A stretch of 64,000 nucleotides of DNA from Schmidtea polychroa (lineage: Eukaryota). The notes beneath the pieces were generated by a model. That model was not told where the DNA came from, searched no databases, and worked only from the letters and a program-made list of their open reading frames with translations. The stretch covers positions 29,948,001-30,012,000 of the forward strand of contig CM097885.1 of NCBI GenBank assembly GCA_044892525.1. Direction: 5' to 3'. The first letter of the stretch is position 1. Each line of letters begins with the position of its first letter. This document shows, piece after piece, positions 10,106 through 24,200 of the stretch. A program made the translations under genes and the position numbers.

Positions 10106-13100
10106 ATTTTATATTCCAAATCGACTACAATTGCAAATGAAAAAATCCTTGGAAAATCAGAGAACAATTTCCAGATGAGTAGCAGTGCGGGGTCCTCCGT
10201 GGAAACTCGTTCTCCTGCGGAGAACATTCAGAATGTTGACATGGACTCAACCCAACAACCAAATGAAAATGATGATGGATTCGAATATACCAGGAAACAA
10301 AAAAGGGCTATGAGATCATACTATGCCAAAACGCTCAAGACCAATATTGATAACATCGAAATACCTGAAATATCATCAAAAGCAAAGTCAGCAAAAAATT
10401 TCGTAAATAAAATCAACAAAAAACTAGATTCAAAAGAGAAATGGCAAAGAGACCCTTACTAACAAAAAAACGCTTATGAAAACCTGACAAAAACTGAAAT
10501 ATCTCAGAATGATTTCTCGAACATTCGAAGAGTTTTCATGGTTAATAATCTATTTGAGTATGAATCTGAACAGGATCATGCAATTGCAGCAGCCCTCTCA
10601 CAAAGTATTCTGCGAAAATCATCAGAAAACTTGAAGAACATCAACTGGAAAAATATAAGCAATTATTTCACGGTGCTGGATACATGGCTCAAAAAACTTA
10701 AACATAACCCAAGGATACCAGAATTAAGAAAGGAAGATGGAAATCTTCTAGATCTCATTGAAGGAACTCTAAAAACTTACCAATTCAAAACTCCATCGGA
10801 TCAACACAATGCCATAACGTTTTTCAACTTTCTGGTTAGGAGAACTATCGTTGGAGTACCAAGAACACTAAACCTAAGAAAAATAATACCATATATAAGA
10901 AAATCAACCAACACTGAAATCCAGACTTGCTCTGAGAATATCAACTCTACAACACCGAACTCAATACCTGTAGATTCAAACAGAAAGAGAAGAAAAGCAA
11001 TCTCAACAAGTGATGAAGAGCAAAATCTTCCAAAAAAGACTAATAAAGAGCAATCTATATTCGACCAACCGGAAAAATTGATTGGAGGAGGTCCAAATGA
11101 CACCATCACCAATGATGATGAGAACTTCCAGATCCATATTACAAATGAACTAACCTACAAATGTGTTCTGATTGGATTCCAATCCAAATCTGAATCACTA
11201 GCCGGGATTAAACAGCATGTATCAAGAACCCATAAAATCAAGACAACACATGCTAAATGCCATCAATGCCCAAACAATATTCAACAGCATGAAATTGACG
11301 AACATGTCAAATATCATAGAGAATTGACAAATAAATATAAAGATGCCTAAATGGATGTCATAATTCCAACAAAAAATGACATTCCTTCAAACATCGCATG
11401 ACTATCACAGTCAGCTATCGAGGCTCAAATAAGATCCATGATAAAAAAGCCCAATAACAAAGATAGCATAATTTGTTACCTAAATCCCCAATGTGCTAAT
11501 GAACTAATATCAAACAACAGGACTGGCCTCTTTAAAAAGTTAAAAATGGATGCCCTTGTTGGATGGGAGCTTACTATTTGGCTAATCCATTGGAATAAAA
11601 ATCATTGGACTGTATACCTTGCAGAAAGGAAAAACAAAACATCAGTGATTATGGACCCTGACAATCAAATGTCTCAAGAACTTAAAATTTCCATCAAAAA
11701 GAAAATGGATGATATACTGAGAATAACTTCCTCCGATCAAGACAATGAAATGCAATTAATGAACAAAAATCTAAAACCACAGAGAAAACATAAATAGAAA
11801 GGTTACACAATTACCAAATGCTCCTACCAGATACAGAGAATATTCATGGTGGCACCTGGTAGGGCAGTCAAAGAGATAGACAAAATCCTGGCACCAGCTA
11901 CTGATCTTACAACAGCAGTAATGGACCAATACTTCGAAAGATCCACCCCTTCTAAAATGAGAGAAAAACCAGCACCCATTAAAAGTGCTCCAGAATGGGA
12001 AACAAATAAACCAATAACCAGGGCAGACATCGATGAAGCAATAAGAAACAGCAAAGATGCTGCACCTGGTATGGACCAAATCCCACTTCGACAATGGAGG
12101 GAGTGGATGGCATTTGATCCACTAACACCAATCTTCAACAAAATCCTGGAGACGCATCAAATTCCCGAAGTATGGAGAAAATATTCAACAAAACTAATAA
12201 TAAAGCCAGGGAAAGGTAACCAACCGGAGAACCCATCAAATTGGAGACCTATAGCCGTTATGCCAACAAGCTATAGGATCTTCATGAAAGTATTAAATCA
12301 AAGAGTATTGAAATGGGTACACCAAAACAAGTTAATCTCCGGTTGGCAGAAAGCTGTAAACAGAGCGAATGGCTGCGATGAACATAGCTATATCATACAA
12401 GTTCAGAGGGAAAAATGCAATAGAGCCAGATACAAAAACCAGCAGTGCCACCTGGTATTCCTCGACCTTGCAGATGCTTTCGGAAGCGTCCCTTATGAAG
12501 TAATTTGGCACACACTGCAAAAGATGGGTATGAACAAAAGCACCATCCATCTGCTGCAGGAGTGCTATAGGGACTGCTTCACCATTTACGAAAGTGGAAC
12601 TACAAAATCTAGCGAAATAAAGCAGACCAAAGGAGTAAAGCAGGGATGCCCCCTGTCTATGACTCTTTTCAGTCTGTGTATAGAATACCTTATACAAACA
12701 GCGATAGACTGCCACAGAGGTGTAAACATAGCGGGGGAAAACATCAGCATCCTTGCTTATGCTGATGACCTAGTGTTAATGGCTCCTCAACACCACCAAA
12801 TGCAAGAAATGTTAAACATAGTAGTTGAGAAAGCCAAATTAGCTGGGCTCGCATTCAAGCCTGAAAAATGTGGCTACTACAGAAACAAAAATGATGACTT
12901 GGGATGGCAAAACATCATCACCATAAACGGCCAGAATATCAGACACATAAATGAAGATAACCTATACACTTACCTGGGAGTAAGGGTTGGGCAAAAAAAG
13001 AAGTGCGACTTGGGCGAAGTCTTCAAAGAGGTCGAGTCAAAAGCCACCAACATATTCAACTCCCTCCTAAGAGCCCACCAGAAGATCGAGGCCTACAACA

Positions 13101-14645
13101 CGTTTTGCCATTCCAAGTTCATATTCCCATTACAAGCAGAGGAAATATCGAAAACCCATTCAGACAAATTCGATGATACAATAAGAAAAATGATAAAAGA
13201 CAAGAACGTCCTTGATCTGCCAAATAAAAGCCCTCTTATGGACGCTGTCATCTATTCGCCAAAAGAGAGGGGAGGGCTTGGAATCACAAAAGTTAGTGAC
13301 GAATATCTAATCCAAGCCCTCAACAGATTCATAAAACTCATGAACAGCGGCCACCTCCCCATTGTCAAAATCTTGAGAGAAGAGCTAATATATGTCGCAC
13401 AAACAAGAACAGAAGTGGATATCCAGAACATCAGAGATGCCTGCAAGTGGTTGGAAGGAAGCTACGAGCACAAAAGTCAGAAAAATGCAAAGAAGTCGTG
13501 GCTGGACAAAACAAGAGAATCAATTAAAGCCCTAAAGACAACCCAGGGAATCGAGATAACATTCATTTATAAAGTAGACTCCGTGGGTTGCTCAATAAAA
13601 TGTAGCACAGACAATAAGCCAGATTGGATCCTACCTCCAAACTTAGATGATATATCAAAAACCCTCCACTGGATGATAAAGGACGCATATTTCAAAATAT
13701 GGTTGGCTGTAAAATGCCAAGGTTATATTATAAGTCTTCCGACATCCGACGAAATGGAATGGAAAATGCCCCGGGTCCTTAAAGACCCAGAATGGAAATT
13801 CATTATAAAGGTCCGGGCAAACATGCTGGATGTCGGAATGAAGCAGTCCAACCAAGGAGGTAGGATCGCTCCAACCAATTGCAGGCATTGTGATTGCCCA
13901 CAGGAATCAGCATCACATGTGATAAACATGTGCAGAAAGGGTAATAGGTCAAAGACGGCCAAACATAACGAAATAAAAAAAGGCCCTAGTAGAAATATTA
14001 AAGATCAAGAACATGAACTTCGAAGTAGAGACAATTCCAACAGAAGCGAAAGAGACCCTAAAACCAGATGTGGTAGTCCGCACCAACAAACAGATATTCA
14101 TAATAGACATCAAGTGCCCCTTCGACAGCACGGAAACCATAGAATTGGCAAGGACGGCAAATATGAACAAATATAGACAGCTGGCAATGGACATAAATGA
14201 GCAGACTGCAATACATACCACCGTCGAAACCTTCATAGTCTGCTCCTTAGGCACATGGGTCAAGGACAACAACTCCATATTCAGGAAGCTTGGGATTAAA
14301 TATACAGACTACAAACAGACCAAAGAAAGAATGATTGAGAAAGTTATCAGAGGGTCAAGGAAAACATACGAGCTACACAGAGGGTACCACACATGAGCAC
14401 AAGAGCCAGGACCAGGATGATTGCACCAGCATCTATAAAAGGGTGCACTTGATGTCTATTTCTAGTCATGAAAGAACCTCCAACAGTTTGCCCATGCCTG
14501 TTTGATGTACTTAAATGTGCACTTGTTTAACATTTTTAATAAAATAAATTTTGCCCACCCAGAAAGTTTAACCATGCCTGTGTGTTACACATTAATTGTA
14601 TACAAGATTGTTATTACAAGATTGCTTGTTTTTATTAATAAATTT
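10106..14645 (+). mobile_element. Near-full-length degenerate NeSL-clade RLE non-LTR retrotransposon (A2)
   Basis: ORF1 from about 10174 (frameshift and stop) with C2H2 fingers, Ulp1-like IHWNKNHWTVYL..MDPD, RT, CCHC, PD..D nuclease, then a 3' UTR with AATAAA. Ends approximate. Confidence 0.9.
11846..14396 (+). pseudogene. RT, CCHC and restriction-like endonuclease; frameshift near 13980
   Basis: APGMDQI, NWRPIA, FLDLADAFGSV, GVKQGCPLS, LAYADDL, GGLG, CRHC..HVINMC, KHN; second frame gives LKPDVV..IIDIKCPFD. Confidence 0.95.
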
Positions 14646-15312
14646 TTGACTCTGACACCTCATGCTGGTGTTCCTCATATGGGAAAAGTTTGCTGACTTA
14701 TCTAATATTTTTTAATTTTTAATTGAGCTTAATTCTGAATTTATTTCTTTTTGTAATTTTTCTATTGGTTTAAAAATATTTTAAATTGATTTTAAATTTT
14801 TTAAATGATTTTTATTATTACTTTTAAAATTTCTTGGATTATTTTTATTATTTTTTGTATTTTTAATATTTAAATTTAAATCATGGGTATTTCCTTGAAA
14901 GTTTTTAAATTTTCTTGGATATTTATTTGAAAATTTAATTTCATGTTTAAATTTTTATTGTTTTCTTGAAATATTTTATTATTCTTTGAAATTAATTTTT
15001 CTTGTATTTTCAATAATAAAATTCATGTTTTTATCCAAATTTAACATTATTTCCAAGCTTTTTTCTTGATAAATAAATTTGTCTTGGATATTTTCTTGAA
15101 GATTTGACATATTGTGTATCACTTTTATTATTTCCATCTGTAATTTTCAAATTGAAGTTTTGTTTTTGGTATTTTTTATCTGGGAAAGGTTTAAAAAAAT
15201 ATCGAAAATATTAAAACAATACCATTTAATATTTATAATTTTATTGAAAATTTAGATCAAGATGATATTAAAAAAACTAGAATGTAAAAATTATATTTAT
15301 AGAAAATTTATC

Positions 15313-17198
15313 TAAAAATTTATATAAGAATTTTGATAAAAAATAAATGATTAAACTACAAATGCTTAAAAATTATATATAACATTAAAAATATATCTAA
15401 GCATTTAAACTTTAAAGAAATATATATTAAAATATAATTTTAAAGATAAAAAATCTTTAAATTTAAAAGATATATGTTACCAAAGAATATTGAACTATCA
15501 ACAGAAAATAATAAAAACTCTGAATGATAATTGAATAATAATTTTTAAAATGTTACTTATTCAATTAAAAACAAAAAACGAATCCAGATAATATTCAGGA
15601 AAGCAATAACAATGCCAAAAAACCAAGATCCAATAATGAAAAACGCAGCAACTCTGCCCAAAAAAATGAAATCAAAAATTCAGAGACTCCCATAAAACCA
15701 TTAAACTTTGACAATAATGTCAAATCTAATGATATAAATATATTTCTATTCCATGAAAATACCAGATTATCAAAAACATATAGAAATAGAATATTATAAG
15801 AAGAAATTTGTAAAAATCTGTCAAAAATGATAAAAAATAGTGAATGTTCTAAAAACGATAAATTTGTCGTTTAAATTATCGTTTTAATTGCAGTTTTAAT
15901 TTTTAATGTTTTGAGTATGATTTAATTATTTCAAGATTCATTAATAATAAAAATCAAGATTTAATTAATTTTTGAAATATTAAATTTATCACAGAAAATA
16001 TCTCAAAGTTAGAGGATATGGGTCTTTTATTAGAAATAAAATATATAAATATCTATTGAATAAAATAAGCATTTTTAGAAATAAAAATGTAAACAATTTT
16101 AAAAATTCAATATTTATTTAAAATTTGGAAGTTCAAATATTGAATTAAAATAATTTTTTTTTGGCAGAATGGGTTTATTTAATTATAGTAGAATTATTTT
16201 TATTTTTTTAAAGTTAAAAATGTAAGTGTGTATAATATTATTGAAATAAATAAAAAAAATATCAAAAGAAAATTTAAATGATAAAAATTAATTTTTTATT
16301 AAAAATAATTAAAAATATACAAAAAACAAATCAAATTTAAAAATATCAATAAAAATATTTAGAAATAAAAGTTAAAACAATTTTTAAAATTTAATATTTT
16401 TTTTTAAAAATGGAAGGTCAAATATCCAATTTAAAAATATTTTAATCCAAATTTAAAAAAAACATTTAATTATAATAAAAATATTGAAATTTTAGATCAA
16501 GTTGATATTAAAAAATTAGAATGTTACAATTATATTTATGAAAAATATATCTAAAATATCAAACTTTAAAGAAAATTATATCAGAATATGATTTTAAAGA
16601 TAAAAAATACATTAAAATTTCAAAAATATTTTAACAAAAAATATTGAAGTACCAACAGATTTATAATAACTCTAACAGTTATATAAATAATTTTTTTAAT
16701 TTAGTTTAACTAATTCAATGAAAAAGAATTTTCAAACAATGAAAAATTGGAAATTCAGAACAATTCAGAACCTCGTCCAAATGAAATTGGAAAAAGCCCT
16801 AAATAACTTTCCACCAGCATCCAAGATGAAAAACAACGATAACAAAATGCCAATTAATAGTAAAAAAAATAATTAACAGTTTAATCAATAACTTATATAT
16901 AATTAAAAATAAATAAAAAAATTAAATCATTAAATTATATTATATTTCTGATTATTCTTGAATGAAGAGTTTGAACTTTTTGAATTCTATGATTGTTGAG
17001 TTCTCAGTTTCTGGTTGTTTAGTAGTTGAAATCTCTCTGGCTTTGGCCGCCAATGCGTTCATATGTTCTTTTGAAATTTTGTTTTCGGTATTTCTTATCT
17101 GGGAAAGGTTGGCAGAGGTTTTTATTATTTTCTTTATGTTCTTTGGGGTTTTATATAAAATATATTTATCATTTATTTGTTCTTTGATAAAATTTTAT
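15313..17198. repeat. AT-rich block repeat, variant unit
   Basis: Near-identical to ~21215-23105; its right half is shared with the 2.2-kb unit. Confidence 0.85.
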
Positions 17199-20100
17199 GG
17201 TTTGGTAACCACTATCTTTGAGGAGACTACAGATGTCACAAGAGACTCAGACACTGTAGAGCTGTCAAATCCAATAGAACTCACAACTATCGAGCAACCA
17301 TGTAGAAGCATGGAAAATAATGAGACCGCAATCTCTACAGTAAATAACAAAAACATAGAAATGAACGTAACAAGTCGGGGAATAATAATAAAACCCATTG
17401 CACCTGTACTCAAAGAAAATATATCAAATAACGAAACAAGAAGGCAATCAAGACAAGATAAAAATATCAGATCCAAGAGTCAGAAGAAAGAAAGACAACA
17501 AAATGACCTCGATAGCCATAGATACGACAAAACAAAACAAAAAACTACGTACCGGTGGAGGACCATCAACGGCAAATACTCAAAAAATTCATCAAAAACC
17601 AAACATGAAGATCAACTGTGATCTGAAAATTCAGTGTATATGCAACAAAAAGTACACCTATTCTACAGATATTAAGGCTGCTAAACAGTATGAAGAGTCG
17701 CATCCACCTGTTGAGAGGCTGATGGTGGAATGTGATCAATGCAACACAACCATCACACTCAAAGAGGCAATAGAGCACATAAAAGTACATAAAGAGAATA
17801 GAGCCAGAGAAAGAAGCGAACAGCAGCCCGCCGCCAAGCCAACAAAGGAAGACATCCTTACGGAGATCAGTTGACTATCACAGACAGCAATCGAATATTA
17901 CATAGATTTTCTATCAGGTAATAAAGCTACACCAAACACCGTGGCCTATATTAAACCAACATGTGCCACGGAAAAGTTAGTGACGAATATCTAATCCAAG
18001 CCCTTAACAGATTCCTAAAACTCATGAACAGCGGCCACCTCCCCACTATCAAAGAAACTCCAACAGAAATTGTACAAGAAATTATAGAAAAAAATCATAC
18101 TACAAAAAAGATTATTACTGAAGATAATACTGCAACAATATACGGTATCTTTAAGGAGCCAAAGATCGATAAAAACACAAAATTAACGAAAAGAGATAGA
18201 ACCAAATCATCTAATGAGGAACAATCTAGTAGTAAAAGGAGACAAACACAATCTCCATCAACTCCAAGAAACAAATTAAAAATAAAAGGAGGAGGAGCAC
18301 CAATTGACCCAAATATACCAGCACCAGAATTCGACTTTACTCTAAATAACGAGTATAATGTTGAATGTAACCGTTGTAAAGAAAAAGATGTATATAAGTC
18401 CAAAAATTATGATGATGCCTGGAAACAAAAAAAACATCAAAAACATCAATTAAAAAATAAATCCCTTCCAATAGTCAAATGTGTAGAATGCGAAAAACCA
18501 TTCAAAGGAAATGAGTGCGAAAACCATGTAAAAATCCACACAGACCGTGATATAAAAAACAACCAAATTGGATCAACAACAGTAGACCACAATGCCATTC
18601 CATCGCAGAACAGCTGACTATCACTGGCTGCAATGGAAACTTACATCAGAATTCTCCTGGAACAAAACCAATCAATGAATAAAACCATCAAATACATAGA
18701 ACCAAGACTGGCAAACCTGCTTATCAATCGAAACTTGAGAACATTTCATAATGAAATCAAGATAGACTCCCTGATTGGATGGGAACTAATAGTCTGGCCT
18801 AGTCACTGGAACAACTGACTTTGGATTGTCTACCTTGCTAATTACGAGGATAAAACCTCTATTATCTTGGACTCAGACAATCAGATGACAACATTGCAAA
18901 AGTGTTATATAAAAGACAGACTAGATAAATTCCTGGAAAATACAGTGGAAGAAAGAACTATCTTTAAATTACTTGAAAACAGATTAATTCCTCAACAATC
19001 AAATGACTATGATTGTGGAACATACATCCTACAATTCATAGAGGACTTTATAAAAGATCCTGAACGACAAAATTGTCAGACTCCAAACTCAATTAAAATT
19101 AGGAACATAATCGGAAAACAGATTATGGAAGAATTAAAAGATGCCAAAATGAATACACCAAGGAAGTCAAATAAAGAAATAGATGATTTACTCCTCAAAT
19201 TGAAGCTACTACAGATAGACATCGATTCTGTACTTCAATGGTTCACGAACAAATATAATGAAACAATCCCTAAGCAAAAGAACAAAAGAGGTGGAAAGAT
19301 CAACATCTCCAAATGTTCGTACCAAATTCAGAGGTTATTTGCTATAGCTCCAAAAAGAGCAGTAAAAGAAATATATAAAAACGAGTCAGCTCCAGCAGAC
19401 CTTCCTAAAAACATCTTAGATGTTTACTTCATAAAGGAAATTCCAGATATCCAGGAATGTAGCTGTTGTGGTTGGCGTAGTCCTTTCTGGTAATTTGGCA
19501 ATAGTTGCACCACTTTTCAATTGATCATCTATTTTGTCTATTTCAATTAATATTTTACCTTGTTCAACTTCAGATTTTAAGTTACAGGTTTCCAAAAGAT
19601 CTGATTTGTTCTTGAATAAATTAGACATTGCATTGAAGAAATTTTGTTCGATTTTCTCTAAAACATTTCCAATATAATTCATTATAGAATCGGAATCCGT
19701 GAGTGACGTAAAATTTCTTCCATCGAATTCGACTTTAATTTTTTTACATAATTTATCTACTATAATTCGGCAATTATGACCATTTATTAATAATGCAGCA
19801 AAATGCAAGTTATCATTTCCAAAGTTCTCTACATTGAGATATTTTAGAGAATCCATGCATTCGAATGAATCTTTGGGATAACAATAAGAATTTTTAGCTA
19901 GCGAAAAACAACCCAATTGAGGTTTTTGCATATCGTTTATTTTACTCATAAAAATATTCTGATGAATAAGTCAAATTGCAGGTAAAGATATTTTTAATTT
20001 AAATTACAAAGTTTTTAATTTGAATTACAAAAATTTACAGATCTGAGTAAAACAAAAATATATAATAGAAACTACATAAAAAATGTAAATATAATCAGAC

Positions 20101-21207
20101 CAGATAAACATATTCAACAGCCATTTCTCATTTACAAAATGTTAACTAAAAATAATAATTTCATATAGTCCGATTATTTCTAAAGATTTTACAGCCTGCC
20201 GATTTGTCCATGAACCAATTTGACCATTGTCATTCGCATACAATATTTGAGGAAATGTATATCCTTTGCCGTTCTGATCCTTTTTTGCATTATCACATTG
20301 ATCAGAATTTGTAAAGACGTGTGGTGGTTTGATAAAAAGATCTATTCGGGTTCATATTATTGTTAGGATTTGTTCCGTATTTCGCGAATTGTACTGGATG
20401 AGGGTGTTGGTCTATGAGAGCCAACACTAAAACTATTGGGAGCCGAATACAGTTTATCTTGATAATGATAACATGGCATCGAATTTGCTTTACTCGCCTG
20501 AGATTGATTAATAGCGCCTGATTGATAAGTAGAAGTATTAGCTGATCGCACGAATTTTGATTGACTGTAATTGTGTTCTGCTTGGTCCTTATTCGCTGGT
20601 GACCGCCCATTTATATATATAATATAATATAATATAATATAATATAGTATAATAGGTATATAGATATTGTTAGGGCCGTGTAACGGCTCACTACAGTAGC
20701 ATAACCTATAATCATTACCAGGATTGGATAACTAAGCCAGAAATCAGCATGAAAGAAATAGAAATGGCCCTGAAAAGAATAAACGATTCGGCCCCAGGAG
20801 AGGATAACATCCCTATCAGACAGTGGAAGAAATGGATGGATAGTGGAGTACTCCTAGATATATTCAATTATATAAAGAGGACACATATAATCCCAAAAAT
20901 ATGGAAAGACTTTGGAACAGTACTATTAATCAAACCGGGAAAAGAAAATGAGAGCAATAACCCCGCCAATTGGAGACCGATCGCAATTTTACCTACGAGC
21001 TACCGCTTATTCATGAAGATCATCAATATGAGAATATTGAAATGGGCACATGATGGGAAATTGATTTCGGATTGGCAGAAGGCAGTGGATAAGGCGAATG
21101 GCTGTGATGAGCACAATTACATCATCCAGGCACTGATTGAGAAATCCAACAGAATTAAATACAAACACGAACAATGTCACCTGGCTTTCTTGGACTTGGC
21201 TGATGCA
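17199..21207 (+). mobile_element. Chimeric, 3'-truncated NeSL-clade element (A1-like piece, short A2-like piece, lineage B2 ZnF-Ulp1-RT)
   Basis: Fingers CNRC.. and CVEC..HVKIH; Ulp1 PQQSNDYDCGTYI; RT APGEDNI, NWRPIA, FLDLADA then truncated; interrupted at 19464-20695. Confidence 0.9.
19464..20695 (-). mobile_element. 1232-bp insertion with TG...CA ends and 5-bp TSD (solo-LTR-like)
   Basis: GTAGC at 19459-19463 and 20696-20700. Removing it restores the frame IQECSITYNHYQDWITKPEISMKEI. Confidence 0.85.
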
Positions 21208-21214
21208 TTAAAAC

Positions 21215-24200
21215 TAAAAATTTATATAAGAATTTTGATAAAAAATAAATGATTAAACTACAAATGCTTAAAAATTATATATAACATTAAAAATATATCT
21301 AAACATTTAAACTTTAAAGAAATATATATTAAAATATAATTTTAAAGATAAAAAATCTTTAAATTTAAAAGAAATATGTTACCAAAGAATATTGAACTAT
21401 CAACAGAAAATAATAAAAACTCTGAATGATAATTGAATAATAATTTTTAAAATGTTACTTATTCAATTAAAAACAAAAAACGAATCCAGATAATATTCAG
21501 GGAAGCAATAACAATGCCAAAAAACCAAGATCCAATAATGAAAAACGCAGCAACTCTGCCCAAAAAAATGAAATCAAAAATTCAGAGACTCCCATAAAAC
21601 CATTAAACTTTGACAATAATGTCAAATCTAATGATATAAATATATTTCTATTCCATGAAAATACCAGATTATCAAAAACATATATAGAAATAGAATATTA
21701 TAAGAAGAAATTTGTAAAAATCTGTCAAAAATGATAAAAAATAGTGAATGTTATAAAAACGATAAATTTGTCGTTTAAATTATCGTTTTAATTGCAGTTT
21801 TAATTTTTAATGTTTTGAGTATGATTTAATTATTTCAAGATTCATTAATAATAAAAATCAAGATTTAATTAATTTTTGAAATATTAAATTTATCACAGAA
21901 AATATCTCAAAGTTAGAGGATATGGGTCTTTTATTAGAAATAAAATATAAAAATATCTATTGAATAAAATAAGCATTTTTAGAAATAAAAATGTAAACAA
22001 TTTTAAAAATTCAATATTTATTTAAAATTTGGAAGTTCAAATATTGAATTAAAAAAAATTTTTTTTTGGCAGAATGGTTTTATTTAATTATAGTTGAATT
22101 ATTTTTATTTTTTTAAAGTTAAAAATGTAAGTGTGTATAATATTATTGAAATAAATAAAAAAAATATCATAAAAAATTTAAATGATAAAAATTAATTTAT
22201 TATTAAAAATAATTGAAAATATACAAAAAACAAATCAAATTTAAAAATATCAATAAAAATATTTAGAAATAAAAGTTAAAACAATTTTTAAAATTTAATA
22301 TTTTTTTTTAAAAATGGAAGGTCAAATATCGAATTTAAAAATATTTTAATCCAAATTTAAAAAAAACATTTAATTATAATAATAATATTGAAATTTTAGA
22401 TCAAGATGATAATAAACAATTAGAATGTTACAATGATATTTATGAAAAATATATCTAAAATATCAAACTTTAAAGAAAATTATATCAGAATATGATTTTA
22501 AAGATAAAAAATATATTAAAATTTCAAAAATATTTTAACAAAAAATATTGAAGTACCAACAGATTTATAATAACTCTAACAATTATATAAATAATTTTTT
22601 TTAATTTAACTAATTCAATGAAAAAGAATTTTAAAACAATGAAAAATTCGAAATTCAGAACAATTCAGAACCTCGTCCAAATGAAATTGGAAAAGCCCTA
22701 AATAACTTTCCACCAGCATCCAAGATGAAAAACAACGATAACTAAATGCCAATTAATAGTAAAATAATTAATTAACAGTTTAATCAATAACTTATATATA
22801 ATTAAAAATAAAAAAAAAATTAAAAAAATTAAATCATTAAATTATATTATATTTCTGATTATTCTTGAATGAAGAGTTTGAACTTTTTGAATTCTATGAT
22901 TGTTGAGTTCTCAGTTTCTGGTTGTTTGGTAGTGGAAATCTCTCTGGCTTTGGTTACAAATGCGTTCATATTTTCTTTTGAAATTTTCTTTTCGGTATTT
23001 CATATCTGGGAAAGGTTGGCAGAGGTTTTTATTATTTTCTTTATGTTCTTTGAGGTTTTATATGAAATATATTTATCATTTATTTGTTCTTTGATAAAAT
23101 TTTATAATTTTTGATAAAATTCGATTTCAAAGGTTTATTTTCGTCAAAATATTTTGTTATTAAAATTTTATCACTTCATAATAAAATTTTATTGTTTTTG
23201 TAACGACTCCTGACAATTTTATCAAAATCAAATGAAAATTTATTATTTCCATCTGTAACTTTAAAATTGTTATCAAATATAAGCAATTTTTAGTAAAACA
23301 TCAATGAAAAATCAAAATTCAGAACAATTCAGAACCTCGTCCAAATAAAATTGGAAAAACCCCTTATAACCTTCCACCAGTATCCAAAATAAAGTAGAAC
23401 AAAAACGAAATGCCAAATTATAGTAAAATAATCAATTAACAGTTTAATATATATATATATATATATTTCATTTCTTATTCCTTGTGATCTCCAATGCTTC
23501 GAATTGAAACAGTTTTTCTTGTATGTCTTGTGATGACATTTAGATAAAAACTTTCGTTTCTTGGAATCTGGATGTTAGTGGGCTGATAATATCTGGTTGG
23601 TAATTGGTTGTTATTATCTAGTTATTATCTAGTTATATTCGATAACTAACAGCTTCTACAAAATCCAAAGAATCTACTAGGTCATCCTGGAAGACTAATC
23701 CGAGAAATTGATAACGTCTTTAGTCTTTTATCAAAAGGTGAATGCATTTAAAATTAGGACAGGATATGTTATCAGATTACACAAAAATCCATCATAATTT
23801 AATATCAAATAAAATAAGTAGATTATTTAACAAAATTAAATTATTTTTAGATAAAGAAATACCAATCGAAACAAGAAGAAAATATGTCGTTTGCATTATG
23901 TTTTGAGTATGATTAAATTATTTGAGATTCAATAATAATAAAAATTAAGATTTAACTAATTGTTGAAATATTAAATTTATCACAGAAAATATCTCGATGT
24001 TAGAGGATATGGGTCTTTTATTAGAAAGTTAATTTATTAATAAAAATAATTTAAAATATACAAAAAACAAATAAAATATAAAAATATCTAATGGCTAAGA
24101 TAAATATCTCAAAATTAGAGTATATGGGTCTTTTATTTGAAAGTTAATTTATTATTAAAAATAATTTAAAATATACAAAAATCAAATAAAATATAAAAAT

